A stretch of DNA of 64,000 bases from an uncultured bacterium. Lineage in GTDB: Bacteria > Oederibacteriota > PGYV01 > CAWJRG01. Made by a program: the position numbers and the translations under genes. The stretch covers positions 96,001 to 160,000 of the forward strand of contig CAWJRG010000005.1 of NCBI GenBank assembly GCA_963845185.1, given 5' to 3'. Positions 28,709 through 38,740 of this stretch are shown here, piece by piece; the stretch's first letter is position 1, and every line of letters begins with the position of its first letter. The notes beneath the pieces were generated by a model that made no database searches, was not told where the DNA came from, and saw only the letters and a list, made by a program, of their open reading frames with translations.

Positions 28709-29797
28709 TTAATAAAATTGCCTCTGTAATACTTTATTTACTGACACAATTTTTATATTTTGTATAAAATTAACACACCCTATTTTCTTTGTCAAGATAA
28801 ATCTTATTTTGTCGTTTATAACCTTTTTATCACTAAATAATCTTTTTAAAATACTGGATTTTTTTATTTTTCTTAAAGGTTTAATTAAATTAAATGAATT
28901 AAACATTTGTATTTGCTCATAAAGAGTATTTTTGCTGCAAAAACCAATATCATAAGCAATATTTGCTGCAATTATCATGCCTATAGTTATGGCCTCACCG
29001 TGCTTATAATACTTATATCCGCCTGCCGCTTCTATCGCATGACCCACGGTATGCCCGTAATTCAATATTTCCCTGTAACCTTTCTTTTCTTTTTCATCTT
29101 TAGCAACAATTTTTGCCTTATTTTGTGCTGATCTTTTTACTATATAAAGCAGTTTTTTCTCATCTCTACCCATAATTTTATTTCTATTGTTTTTTAAATA
29201 ATCAAAAAATTTACTGTCCATTATTATGCCGTACTTTATTACCTCGGCTAACCCATTTTTCAACTCTTTCTCGGGCAGCGTCCTCAAAACCTCTATATCA
29301 ATAAGGATAAATACCGGTTGATAAAAAGCCCCGACAAGGTTTTTCCCGTATTTCAGGTCAAATCCGGTTTTACCGCCAATAGAGCTGTCAGCCTGGGCAA
29401 TTAATGAAGTAGGCACATGTACAAGGTTAATACCCCGCATATAAGTGGCAGCAACAAACCCTGCTATATCGCCCGTTACTCCTCCGCCAAGGCTTATTAT
29501 AGTTGACCATCTATCAAGCCTGGCATTCGCGCACGCATTGTAAATCTTATTTACCGTATCGATATTCTTATATTTTTCCCCATCTGGCATAAGGTACCTG
29601 GAATATTTAAAACCCTGCGCTTTCAAGCTAGTTTCAAGCGCACGTCCGTAATATTTGTATACTTTGCTGTTGCTTATCACAAAAACTTTATTCCCTTTTA
29701 CCTCAGGCCTTAGCAACGCCCCTATTTTTGAAATTATACCTAACCCGATATAAATATTATGAAACCTGCTTGGGGTTTTTACTTTGATAATATCCAA
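28709..29797 (-). CDS. aroB: 3-dehydroquinate synthase
   Basis: LGGGVTGDIAGFVAATYMRG; DSSIGGKTG; LNYGHTVGHAIE. Confidence 0.95.
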   Translation of the reverse strand: MDIIKVKTPSRFHNIYIGLGIISKIGALLRPEVKGNKVFVISNSKVYKYYGRALETSLKAQGFKYSRYLMPDGEKYKNIDTVNKIYNACANARLDRWSTIISLGGGVTGDIAGFVAATYMRGINLVHVPTSLIAQADSSIGGKTGFDLKYGKNLVGAFYQPVFILIDIEVLRTLPEKELKNGLAEVIKYGIIMDSKFFDYLKNNRNKIMGRDEKKLLYIVKRSAQNKAKIVAKDEKEKKGYREILNYGHTVGHAIEAAGGYKYYKHGEAITIGMIIAANIAYDIGFCSKNTLYEQIQMFNSFNLIKPLRKIKKSSILKRLFSDKKVINDKIRFILTKKIGCVNFIQNIKIVSVNKVLQRQFY

Positions 29798-30312
29798 TCT
29801 TTTCTCCTTTTCAATTTCTTTAAAATCTTGTTTGTTACTTTATATACGTTTCCCTTATCTGTTGTTATTATAATATCCGCAGATTTTTGATAAGTACCTA
29901 CGCGGCTGTTAAAAAGCATTCTTGTTTTTTCTATGTCCTTTTCGTTAAAAAGCGGCCTATTTCTGCAGCCGCTTAACCTTTTTACAACCGTATTAAAATT
30001 TGCTTTAAGATATATTATTATACCGTTTTTATTAAGTTTTTTTATATTCCCCGGCCTTTTTATTATGCCTCCGCCTGTTGATATTATGCTTGTTTTTTTT
30101 CTTATTATTTCTTCTGCCACGCTGCTTTCAATTATCCTAAAATATTTTTCCCCGTATTTTTCGAATATGTTTTTTATTTTCATACCTGCTTTTTTTTCAA
30201 CAACAGAGTCCGTCTCGTAAAATTTAAGTTTTAGTTTTTTTGCCAACAGCCTTCCTACTGATGTTTTACCGCTGCCCATAAAGCCTATTAAAACTATATT
30301 GCTTTTTTTCAT
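29779..30312 (-). CDS. aroK: Shikimate kinase
   Basis: LIGFMGSGKTSVG; GEKYFR; ISTGGG; RPL. Confidence 0.95.
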   Translation of the reverse strand: MKKSNIVLIGFMGSGKTSVGRLLAKKLKLKFYETDSVVEKKAGMKIKNIFEKYGEKYFRIIESSVAEEIIRKKTSIISTGGGIIKRPGNIKKLNKNGIIIYLKANFNTVVKRLSGCRNRPLFNEKDIEKTRMLFNSRVGTYQKSADIIITTDKGNVYKVTNKILKKLKRRKDWILSK

Positions 30313-30321
30313 AATAATAAT

Positions 30322-31501
30322 TTAATATTTTTTAATGTATTTTAAATAATTGTTATAATTTGTCTTCATTTCGGATATTTCATCGGATCCGAATTTTTCC
30401 TGGAATGCTTTTAATAATTCCAAAGTCACAACTGCCTTTGCTATTATTGACGCGGCTGGGACGGCGCATGTATCCAAGCGTTCATAAGTTGTTTTGATTT
30501 TCTTTTTTGTCCTAACATTGACTGACATCATGCCTTTTTTGAGGGTTGATATAGGTTTTACTGCGGCTTTTACTACAAGAGGCTCTCCGTTTGTCATGCC
30601 GCCTTCGATTCCGCCGGCATTATTCGTGTTCCTGAAAAAGCCTTTTGACCTGTCATAATATATTTCGTCATGCACCTCGCTGCCATATTGTTCGGCATAA
30701 AAAAATCCTGCTCCGAACTCGACTCCTTTAAAGGCTTGTATGCTTATCAAGGCTTTTGCTATGTTTCCGTCAAGCTTTTTATCCCACTGTGTATAATCTC
30801 CTATACCCGGCGGTAGCTTTTGAAGTAACAACTTTTACCACTCCGCCAAGGCTGTCTCCGTATTTCATGGCCCTGTCTATTTTTTTAATTATTATTGCCG
30901 CTTTTTTTCTATCGGGATATCTCAAGCCGGCTTTTATTCTTTTTTCAGTTTCGTCAATTTTGATTTTTATTTTATCCAAAGGTAAATCTTCATCTAATAC
31001 CGTTTTAACCCCACCTATATCAATAACATAACCCAATACTTCTATATTAAATTCTTTTAGTATTTTAGCCGCTATGGCGCCTGCTACTACCCTGGCCACA
31101 GTCTCCCTTGCGCTCGCCCTTTCAAGTATATTTCTGAAATCATGTTGGTGGTATTTAATGCCGCCGGCCAAATCAGCGTGCCCCGGCCTTGGAACATTAA
31201 ATTCTTTTATTTCCTTTGAAAGTGGTAATATGCTTAATATATCTTTCCAGTTGTCATAATCAATATTTTTTACGGCTACGGTTACAGGCGCGCCTATGGT
31301 TTTCCCGAAACGAACCCCTGACATTATTTCAGCCCTGTCTTTTTCTACCTTCTGCCGGCCTCCCCTTCCGTAACCTTTTTGCCTTTCACCTAAAATATTA
31401 TTTATATCTTTTTCTGATAATTTTATATTTGCAGGCAGTCCGTCAATAATAACAAAAACGCCTTTACCATGGGATTCTCCAGCGGTTAGATACCTTATCA
31501 T
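30322..31501 (-). pseudogene. aroC: Chorismate synthase split by a +1 frameshift at ~30818-30821 (pseudogene or sequencing error)
   Basis: TAGESHG, RPGHAD, ERASARET in one frame; PPGIG, NNAGGIEGGMTNG, KPISTL in the next. Removing one A from TCAAAAGCTA joins them. Confidence 0.85.
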
Positions 31502-31539
31502 TTCAGGCTTTCCTTTTTGATATATATGATTTGGAAATA

Positions 31540-33951
31540 TTATTCTTCGTCATTAATCGAAGGCGTTAAAAACACAATTAACTCTGACTTTATAGTTTCA
31601 TGACTGGTTGACCTGAATAAGGCTCCTACTAATGGCAGGTCTGCCAGCAAAGGTACTTTGTTTTCTATAGTCGTTACTTTATCCGTTATCAAACCGCCTA
31701 GCACAACAGTATCGTTGCTTTTTACTCTTACATAAGTAGTTGCCGACTGCGTGTTTAAATCCGGCGGCGCTCCTGATGAAGAAGGTGTTAAAATTCTGGT
31801 CACCATTACTCCAACTCTTAATTCAATATTATCGCCAGTATCAGAAATATGAGGGATTACTTGAAGAGTTATCGGCAAAAGTATTGGTAAATATTGGGTC
31901 GTAACAACCGGCGCACCCGTCTGACTTGTAACAACTGATTGCTGACTAAAATAGGTCGTTTCCGACGTCGAGATTGTAGCCGGTTTATTTGATGCAACTG
32001 TCACTTTTGGCGCTGACAAAAGATTCGCTTCGTTGTTTGTCTGTAATGCCTGTAAAGATGCCTGTATATTAAACCCGTTCATAATTGTTCCAAAAGTAAG
32101 AGTTCCCGTTGGGTTTATTACCGGTGCGTTTACCAAACCCTGTATAAAAGGTTCAGTGCCTTGGGATGTAATATTAGCATTGCCTTGTGTTGTATTTTGA
32201 GATGTAATATTACCAGCACTACCTCCTTGAGGCCCCCATGAAACCCCAAGCTGTTTTAGCGCGTCCAAATCTACTTCATAAATTTTTGACTCTATTGTAA
32301 CCTGCGGCACTCTCACGTCAAGCTGTTCCACAACTTTTTGCACTTTTTTGAGAACTCTCACGTTATCTGTAACTATTAAACTTGAAGTTCTTCTGTCAAT
32401 ATCCAGTTTCCCATCTGCACTTAATAAATCGGTAAGTGTCTGTTTGATTTCCTGCTCAAAGTCTGTTTCGTATGAATCCCCCATTACTTGTTGTAACCTT
32501 ATATTCTTCAGTTTGAATATTTTTGTCTTTATTCCTCCCCCTTCATCGGTATTCCCTTCGCCACCTGCATCAATGCTTGCAATCATTTCCATTACTTTTG
32601 AGACATCATCCGGCGTCCCGACAATCATTAATCTATCCTGTCCCGCGCCGGTATCTACTTTTGCCGTCGCATTAAGGAGAGGGTCATTAGTCATCCGCAC
32701 ATTAAGCAAATTATAAAGGTCAGCCGCTTTCATGCTTCTGGAATAATAAAACTTTGTAATCTGTGGCATAAGCGCTTTTTCAGCCTTCAACTCGGCGACC
32801 GTGCCTACTTTAACAATACCGTTCCTGACATCATAGTAAAAATTCAGCGGAACCAAAATATCACGCAACACTGTTATAACAGGCTGGTCTTCTTCTTTAA
32901 TTGTCACGCCCGTTGCAACACCGGCCACACTTGGAGATGTAGAAAATTCAAAACCTGTTTGCGCCGCTATCAGCCTTAATACCGCAGGCAAAGAAGCATT
33001 TTGAACGTTTATTGAAATCTTTTGGTATAAATCCAGTTCCTTTTTAGCCTTTTTACCAGTAAGCATTGGGTGGTCGATATTTATAACTATCTGATTTTGG
33101 TCACGTGTCACTGTATACGGTGTGTTGGTATTTAAATTCAGGTTTATATCGGCTGTTTTATCATTCGGATTTTCTTTTAAAGAAACATTATTCACCGAAC
33201 CTTTATTTACGTTAATTTTATTTTCTTTCCATATGGAAACAGCTTCTATCACATTAAGCTTAATCAGATTATTAGCCGAATCCTTCATTACCCTGTACTT
33301 CACTGGTCCGTCGGTTGTTATTATAACCCTTGTTGTCTTATCCAGGTCTTTTGCGGCAATATCCACAATCCTGTATATTATCCTTCCTATTTTGTGCGTA
33401 GGTGCTGCAGGCTCAGCTTGCTTTACGCCTGCTCCTTTCATAATATCTATGATAATTTTATTGCCGTCGGTATTTACCTGCCATTTTTGTTTGGCGTTCA
33501 TATCTATGACAACCCACGCTGTCGCGTTGTGCGGCGCTGTCCTTATTTTTTCAATATTGCCTTTTTTAACTTCGATTGTACCTGCTTTAACATCACATCC
33601 CGGAAGCTGCAAAAGTATTCTTATATTAGGTGGCGGGGCAAGTTCCGATATATTATATTTTACTTTTTCGGAAGTGACGACAAGTACTTTAATCTTATCC
33701 TTTAATTCCGTCGCCAGTATTTTATCTATGGTTATCTTTCCTTTTTCAGCGGAAACCGTAGCGGCGGCAGGTGTGGGAGCGGGTTTTTCTGCCTTTTCTA
33801 CCGTACCGTTTTCAAGTGTTTTTTCATTATTTTGTTTTTCAACAGGAGCAACACTGATAAAATCTTCATCCTGGGAATATAAAAACGGAATAAGAAAAAA
33901 CCCTGCGAATATTGTCAAAAGCGCAACAGTTTTTCTTTTAGGTATTTTCAT
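31540..33951 (-). CDS. pilQ: Type IV pilus secretin PilQ (AMIN domains + secretin)
   Basis: DRRTSSLIVTD; LDVRVPQVTIESKIYE; KVPLLADLPLVGALFR; follows pilMNOP. Confidence 0.9.
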   Translation of the reverse strand: MKIPKRKTVALLTIFAGFFLIPFLYSQDEDFISVAPVEKQNNEKTLENGTVEKAEKPAPTPAAATVSAEKGKITIDKILATELKDKIKVLVVTSEKVKYNISELAPPPNIRILLQLPGCDVKAGTIEVKKGNIEKIRTAPHNATAWVVIDMNAKQKWQVNTDGNKIIIDIMKGAGVKQAEPAAPTHKIGRIIYRIVDIAAKDLDKTTRVIITTDGPVKYRVMKDSANNLIKLNVIEAVSIWKENKINVNKGSVNNVSLKENPNDKTADINLNLNTNTPYTVTRDQNQIVINIDHPMLTGKKAKKELDLYQKISINVQNASLPAVLRLIAAQTGFEFSTSPSVAGVATGVTIKEEDQPVITVLRDILVPLNFYYDVRNGIVKVGTVAELKAEKALMPQITKFYYSRSMKAADLYNLLNVRMTNDPLLNATAKVDTGAGQDRLMIVGTPDDVSKVMEMIASIDAGGEGNTDEGGGIKTKIFKLKNIRLQQVMGDSYETDFEQEIKQTLTDLLSADGKLDIDRRTSSLIVTDNVRVLKKVQKVVEQLDVRVPQVTIESKIYEVDLDALKQLGVSWGPQGGSAGNITSQNTTQGNANITSQGTEPFIQGLVNAPVINPTGTLTFGTIMNGFNIQASLQALQTNNEANLLSAPKVTVASNKPATISTSETTYFSQQSVVTSQTGAPVVTTQYLPILLPITLQVIPHISDTGDNIELRVGVMVTRILTPSSSGAPPDLNTQSATTYVRVKSNDTVVLGGLITDKVTTIENKVPLLADLPLVGALFRSTSHETIKSELIVFLTPSINDEE

Positions 33952-34427
33952 TTTGCCTCCTGCTCTTGTTCCTTGTCCGTGTCTTGTAATTTAAACAGTA
34001 TCTCTTTGTCCCCCTGAATCAGTAACACTTCCTTGTCGCTTTTAATATCGCCTTTGACATCGGGGACAATATTGTTATTTTCCTCATAAAATTCGCCGTC
34101 TTTTAAAATGTATCCAAAACTATTTCCGCTTTTATTACCAAACAATGCACTCCTTCTGCCTTCGCTTTCCATTATACCATAAAGCTTAAGGGCTGATATA
34201 TCAAGGATCTTCAGCTGCGGGAAAACCTGCTGGTTTGCCCTTGATATAAAAGGATCTCTATTTCCCTTGTTTTCAAATACATAAAGCGGTTTTATAACAA
34301 TATCATTTTCATTTGTCGATACAGGTACATTACCAGTATCCGATGCCATAATTTGGCACGTAAAAAAAAGTATTGCTACGGTAACTATTTTTTCTATTAT
34401 ATATCTTTTAAAGCTTTTTTTCAACAT
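33948..34427 (-). CDS. pilP: PilP-like pilus assembly protein
   Basis: RDPF motif, LKLYGIM; position between pilO and pilQ. Confidence 0.7.
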   Translation of the reverse strand: MLKKSFKRYIIEKIVTVAILFFTCQIMASDTGNVPVSTNENDIVIKPLYVFENKGNRDPFISRANQQVFPQLKILDISALKLYGIMESEGRRSALFGNKSGNSFGYILKDGEFYEENNNIVPDVKGDIKSDKEVLLIQGDKEILFKLQDTDKEQEQEAK

Positions 34428-34437
34428 AAAAAACCCT

Positions 34438-35010
34438 CTAATCCTTGGATGAATATATCATTATTGCCATTAATACCCTTATCTGGCCTGCTCCACCAGC
34501 CGAACTGCCTTCGATAGAGATATTCGTAGGAACGGTCATCCTCTCTATATATCCTAACCCTGTTAAAAAATTGCCGAGATCGATGTAATTTGTTAAAAAA
34601 GAAACGCTTATCGAATATTCCTTATAATCACCTTTGTCCTTTTCTGATCCGGTTGGCACAAAATCTATCATTTTGATATTATTTTCAGCCCCGACTTTTG
34701 TTATCTCGGTTATTGTATCTCCTATGCTTATAGTTTTTGGCAGCCGTTTGTTAATAAAATCAAATTTTTTATTTATATCGGCGGCTTTTTGTAGAAATTC
34801 AGGATACTTCATAACCATTTCTTTTGCATCCTTTAATTCTTTTTGTTTTTGTTCAAGAATCGCGGCTTTCTCTTTTGCCTGTTTCAGAAGCGGGCTGTAA
34901 ATATAATTCCAGTAAGCATAACCTACGGCAATAGTAATCAAACCGGCAACAATAAGTGTTTGCTGCTGCTTGGGCGTAAGTTTTAAATTTAATTTAAAAT
35001 TCATTGCCAT
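34438..35010 (-). CDS. pilO: Type IV pilus assembly protein PilO
   Basis: TM, coiled coil, RLP, YIDLGNFL...IER; synteny. Confidence 0.85.
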   Translation of the reverse strand: MAMNFKLNLKLTPKQQQTLIVAGLITIAVGYAYWNYIYSPLLKQAKEKAAILEQKQKELKDAKEMVMKYPEFLQKAADINKKFDFINKRLPKTISIGDTITEITKVGAENNIKMIDFVPTGSEKDKGDYKEYSISVSFLTNYIDLGNFLTGLGYIERMTVPTNISIEGSSAGGAGQIRVLMAIMIYSSKD

Positions 35011-35025
35011 TAAATAAAATCTCCC

Positions 35026-35580
35026 TTAATTTGTCTTATAAAACACGCTTACCTCAAAAGCTAATCCTGTGCTCTGATTGTTTGTGTCTCTCATCGATCC
35101 AGTAGTAACTTCCGTCAGGTATTGGCTCTGTTCCAGTTTTTTGATGAATTCACCGATAATTACCTCGGATAAGGCATTCCCCACCATGCTTATTGTAAAT
35201 CCATTTTCTTTTTCCCTTACATACCTTATGGCGGTAAGCCACATATCCGGCAATACCAGCATGCTTATCCTGTCAAGTAATTCCGGCCATATTGCCTGTT
35301 TTATTAAAAGTCTGTCAATTATTGATTTCTTTTTATTATAACTTTCCTCAAGGGCATTAAATTTTTTTACTTCTTCTATTTTATCCTTTAATGAGTCGGA
35401 CTCGGCCTGAACTTTTGCTATTTCCGCATCTATCCTTGTGATTTTTTGCTGCTCATTAAAAACAAGCAGGATAAGCACGGCTGCAATCAATATCGCAACC
35501 CCTATCATATATGTATATGCCATTTTAACAGTCTTTTCTTTCTTTACTTTGTCAGGAAGTAGATTTATTTCCAGTGCCAT
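35026..35580 (-). CDS. pilN: Type IV pilus assembly protein PilN
   Basis: N-terminal INLLP motif. Confidence 0.9.
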   Translation of the reverse strand: MALEINLLPDKVKKEKTVKMAYTYMIGVAILIAAVLILLVFNEQQKITRIDAEIAKVQAESDSLKDKIEEVKKFNALEESYNKKKSIIDRLLIKQAIWPELLDRISMLVLPDMWLTAIRYVREKENGFTISMVGNALSEVIIGEFIKKLEQSQYLTEVTTGSMRDTNNQSTGLAFEVSVFYKTN

Positions 35581-36707
35581 TATTTTTCACCTTTTCTTAA
35601 CGCCAGTCCTAATGCCACGTTGAAATGCACTGCGTTTGCCCTTAAATAATCAAGATCAAAGCTTTTTGCGTTTATATTAATATTTTTAAAAGGATAGTTT
35701 ATCTCAACAGGGATTCCAAGCCTTTCGGATAAAAATCTGTCTATATTTTTTATTTTTGAGCTCCCCCCTGAAAGCAGTATCTTTTGAACCGGTTTTCTTT
35801 TTACGGTGCTTTCATAATAATCAAATGACCTTTTAATATCATTTAATAGTTTGTTTAAAACTGGCGTAATAGCCTCAAAAATCCTGGACGATTTGTCATC
35901 CGCCGCCGAATGCATTGTTGTAAGCAGCATTTCCTCGCTTTCCACCATTATTACGGCATTCTGTCTTTTCAATTCCTCAGACTGTGCGAAACTTAAATTA
36001 AACTCCCTTTGAATTTCTTTTGTAAAATTATTACCGCCTATATTTACATCCCTTGTCAAATGTGGTATTCCTTTTTCAACAATAGTTATCGTTGTGAGTT
36101 TAGCTCCCATGTTTATGAGGGCTACGGTTTCGGTTTTAGCCCCACCCTCGGTTTCACTGTCTGTGTTTAAAACATATGCGTTGCATAAAGCAAATGAGTC
36201 AACATCAATGACGACCGGCGAAACCCCGGCATCTTTAAATATTCCTAATTGCTGGTTCATTGTCTCATTTTTTACCGCCACCAACAGGACCTCCATTTTC
36301 TTCTGGTTTTCCTCTTCGATTTCCTCAAGTACCTGATAATCAAAAACAACCTGGTCCATGCTCAGTGGTATATACTGCTCGGCATCATATGGTATCATCT
36401 TCTTTAATTCATCATCGGTCATGTAAGGGACTTTAATGTATCTGATAATAGCCGAATCCCCCGGTATGGAAGTTATTATTTTTGAAGCCCCTATGCTTTT
36501 TTGTTTCAGGATTTTTTTTATGGAATTTACATAAAGAGAATGCCTGGCCTCGGGTTCTATTTCGTCTACAGAATCTGCTGCAATACTGATAATTTCGGCG
36601 CCTATAAGCTCATAGCCATCTTTAAGTTTTTTTAATTTTATGGCTTTAATCGTGGAACTGCCTACATCCAATCCTACTATTCCTTTTGAAAAAAGTTCAA
36701 GCGCCAT
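35580..36707 (-). CDS. pilM: Type IV pilus assembly protein PilM
   Basis: VGLDVGSSTIK; EQYIP; LSGGSS; ALGLALR. Confidence 0.93.
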   Translation of the reverse strand: MALELFSKGIVGLDVGSSTIKAIKLKKLKDGYELIGAEIISIAADSVDEIEPEARHSLYVNSIKKILKQKSIGASKIITSIPGDSAIIRYIKVPYMTDDELKKMIPYDAEQYIPLSMDQVVFDYQVLEEIEEENQKKMEVLLVAVKNETMNQQLGIFKDAGVSPVVIDVDSFALCNAYVLNTDSETEGGAKTETVALINMGAKLTTITIVEKGIPHLTRDVNIGGNNFTKEIQREFNLSFAQSEELKRQNAVIMVESEEMLLTTMHSAADDKSSRIFEAITPVLNKLLNDIKRSFDYYESTVKRKPVQKILLSGGSSKIKNIDRFLSERLGIPVEINYPFKNININAKSFDLDYLRANAVHFNVALGLALRKGEK

Positions 36708-36720
36708 GGCATCTCCCCGT

Positions 36721-37446
36721 TTAAGTTAATAATCCCTTTATCAGAACTGTAATAAAAATAAAAGGTACAAAAGCAATTTCATTTTTTCTCTTGTATATTT
36801 TAAAAACGCGTAAAATTACGGAAATAAACCCGCCCAAAATACAGGAATAAAATATTATTGCCACAATATCCTTCGGTCCCATACACAAGCCCAGCGCCAT
36901 TAGCAGTTTTACATCTCCTTCGCCAAAATTTTCATTACTAAAAAAATTCATAAAATATGATAAAAGCCCTGCTGTAATAGCTCCTACAATTCCATCAAAA
37001 ATAGTTACAAATCCCTTTATTTCTATAATATTAAAGAACACACCTGTCATAAGCAAAAAAACAATTATTTCATCCGGAACTATTTTTTTACTTAAGTCAA
37101 TAGCTGTTAAAATTATTAAATATCCTGTTATTATTATATAAAAAAAATAGATTTTTTCAAGTCCAAATTTAAGGAAAAAAATAATAAATAAAATTCCAGT
37201 AATAGCCTCAATAATCGGGTAAAAAATCGGGATTTTCTTGTGGCAATGCCTGCATTTTCCGCCTAAAAAAAAATAACTTAATATTGGTACATTATCATGC
37301 CATTTTATTGGTTTTTTACATTTTGGGCAATAGGAGGCAGGTAAAAAAATAGACTTATTCTTTGGTATACGAAAAATGCATACATTTAAAAAACTTCCAA
37401 TTATTAAACCATATATTAGAATAATTATTAACTCAATTATAAAGAT
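36721..37446 (-). CDS. pilD: Prepilin peptidase PilD (A24), ~241 aa, apparent non-canonical ATC start
   Basis: Frame open upstream of the tracked 111-aa ORF: GSFLNVCIFRIP, SYCPKC, WHDNVPILSY..LGGKCRHC, AIDL, GEGDVKL; AGGAGG 6 nt before ATC. Confidence 0.9.
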   Translation of the reverse strand: MFIIELIIILIYGLIIGSFLNVCIFRIPKNKSIFLPASYCPKCKKPIKWHDNVPILSYFFLGGKCRHCHKKIPIFYPIIEAITGILFIIFFLKFGLEKIYFFYIIITGYLIILTAIDLSKKIVPDEIIVFLLMTGVFFNIIEIKGFVTIFDGIVGAITAGLLSYFMNFFSNENFGEGDVKLLMALGLCMGPKDIVAIIFYSCILGGFISVILRVFKIYKRKNEIAFVPFIFITVLIKGLLT

Positions 37447-37508
37447 TTTCTACCTCCTTGATATTATTTAATCCTCAATAGGTATTTTATCGATTTTTCA
37501 AAAAATTA

Positions 37509-37979
37509 TTAATACCCATACAATGTATAAGGATTTCCACCTGAATCTGTTTGCGCGTTATTTACAAACACATCGCCGGTTTGCTGATTATACATCCAGC
37601 CGTCGCCGGTGGTTGTGGTTGGCCCCTCGGTGCTGGCCGCCACAGCTTCAGTCGCAACTGTATTTACCGTTCCTGCAAGTGCATATCCGCTCAAAAATAT
37701 GCTAACGGGATGTGTAACCTTTACAGCCGGTAACACTGTCATGTAATTCTGGAAAAGTACATCAGTTAGGCAAGTCGGCCAATTGCCTTGCTGATTTCCA
37801 TAATAAATGGAAATTGCCGATCTTATTGAGCCAATATTGCCTTTCGTGGCTCCTTCCCTTGCCTTTTCCATCATCTGGTTGAATTTTGTCATGACAACAG
37901 CCGCAAGTATGCCAATGATAGCAACAACAATCATCAGCTCTATCAGGGTAAATCCTCTTTTTGCTTTAAAAATTTTCAT
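37509..37979 (-). CDS. Type IV pilin, second tandem copy
   Basis: MKIFKAKRG|FTLIELMIVVAIIGILAAV; near-duplicate of the upstream pilin. Confidence 0.9.
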   Translation of the reverse strand: MKIFKAKRGFTLIELMIVVAIIGILAAVVMTKFNQMMEKAREGATKGNIGSIRSAISIYYGNQQGNWPTCLTDVLFQNYMTVLPAVKVTHPVSIFLSGYALAGTVNTVATEAVAASTEGPTTTTGDGWMYNQQTGDVFVNNAQTDSGGNPYTLYGY

Positions 37980-38118
37980 ATACCCCAAATTTTTACCAAG
38001 TCTCAATTTCATATTATCACTTAAGCTTTATTGCAATTCGGTTAATTAATCCTTAAAACTAAAACATATTATTCTTTTAAGGCTGAATTTTTTAATTTTC
38101 TGAAATTTGTGCATCGGC

Positions 38119-38166
38119 ATTTTAAACAGCCTTCGGGGAATTTCCCCGAAGGCTGTTTAAAAAAAA
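38119..38166 (-). terminator. Strong intrinsic terminator between the two pilins
   Basis: TTTTAAACAGCCTTCGGGGAA-T-TTCCCCGAAGGCTGTTTAAAA perfect long stem. Confidence 0.85.
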
Positions 38167-38640
38167 TCATTGATAACCATACTGCGTATAATAGAATCCG
38201 CCTGAATCTGTTTGCGCGTTGTTTACAAATACATTGCCTGTGTTCAGATTATACTTCCAACCGTCACCAGTGAGTGTGGTTGGCCCCTCGGTGGTGGCTG
38301 CCACAGCTTCAGTAGCAACTGTATTACACGTCCCTGAAAGCGTATTCTGACTCGAAAACATGTTTAAAGGATGTGTAACCTTTACAGCCGGTAACGTTGT
38401 CATGTAATTCTGGAAAAGTACATCAGTTAGACAAGTCGGCCAATTGCCCTGCTGATCGCCATAATATATGGAAATTGCTGACTTTATTGAGCCAATGTTG
38501 CCTTTTGTGGCTCCTTCCCTTGCCTTTTCCATCATCTGCGCGAATTTTGGTATTGCCACTGCCGCTAGTATGCCGATGATAGCAACAACAATCATCAGCT
38601 CTATTAGTGTAAATCCTCTTTTTGCTTTAAAAATTTTCAT
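38167..38640 (-). CDS. pilA: Major type IV pilin
   Basis: G|FTLIELMIVVAIIGILAAVAIPKF; strong RBS AAAGGAGGTG; own consensus promoter and terminator. Confidence 0.9.
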   Translation of the reverse strand: MKIFKAKRGFTLIELMIVVAIIGILAAVAIPKFAQMMEKAREGATKGNIGSIKSAISIYYGDQQGNWPTCLTDVLFQNYMTTLPAVKVTHPLNMFSSQNTLSGTCNTVATEAVAATTEGPTTLTGDGWKYNLNTGNVFVNNAQTDSGGFYYTQYGYQ

Positions 38641-38685
38641 ACTCTCACCTCCTTTCATACTTTTTTAATTTCATTTTCTAATAAC

Positions 38686-38714
38686 ATTATATACTATTTT
38701 AGTATTTTTGTCAA
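38686..38714 (-). promoter_or_regulatory. Consensus sigma70 promoter of the major pilin
   Basis: TTGACA-N17-TATAAT exact. Confidence 0.8.
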
Positions 38715-38740
38715 GTATTTTTGTATTTTTTCTGCCAACT

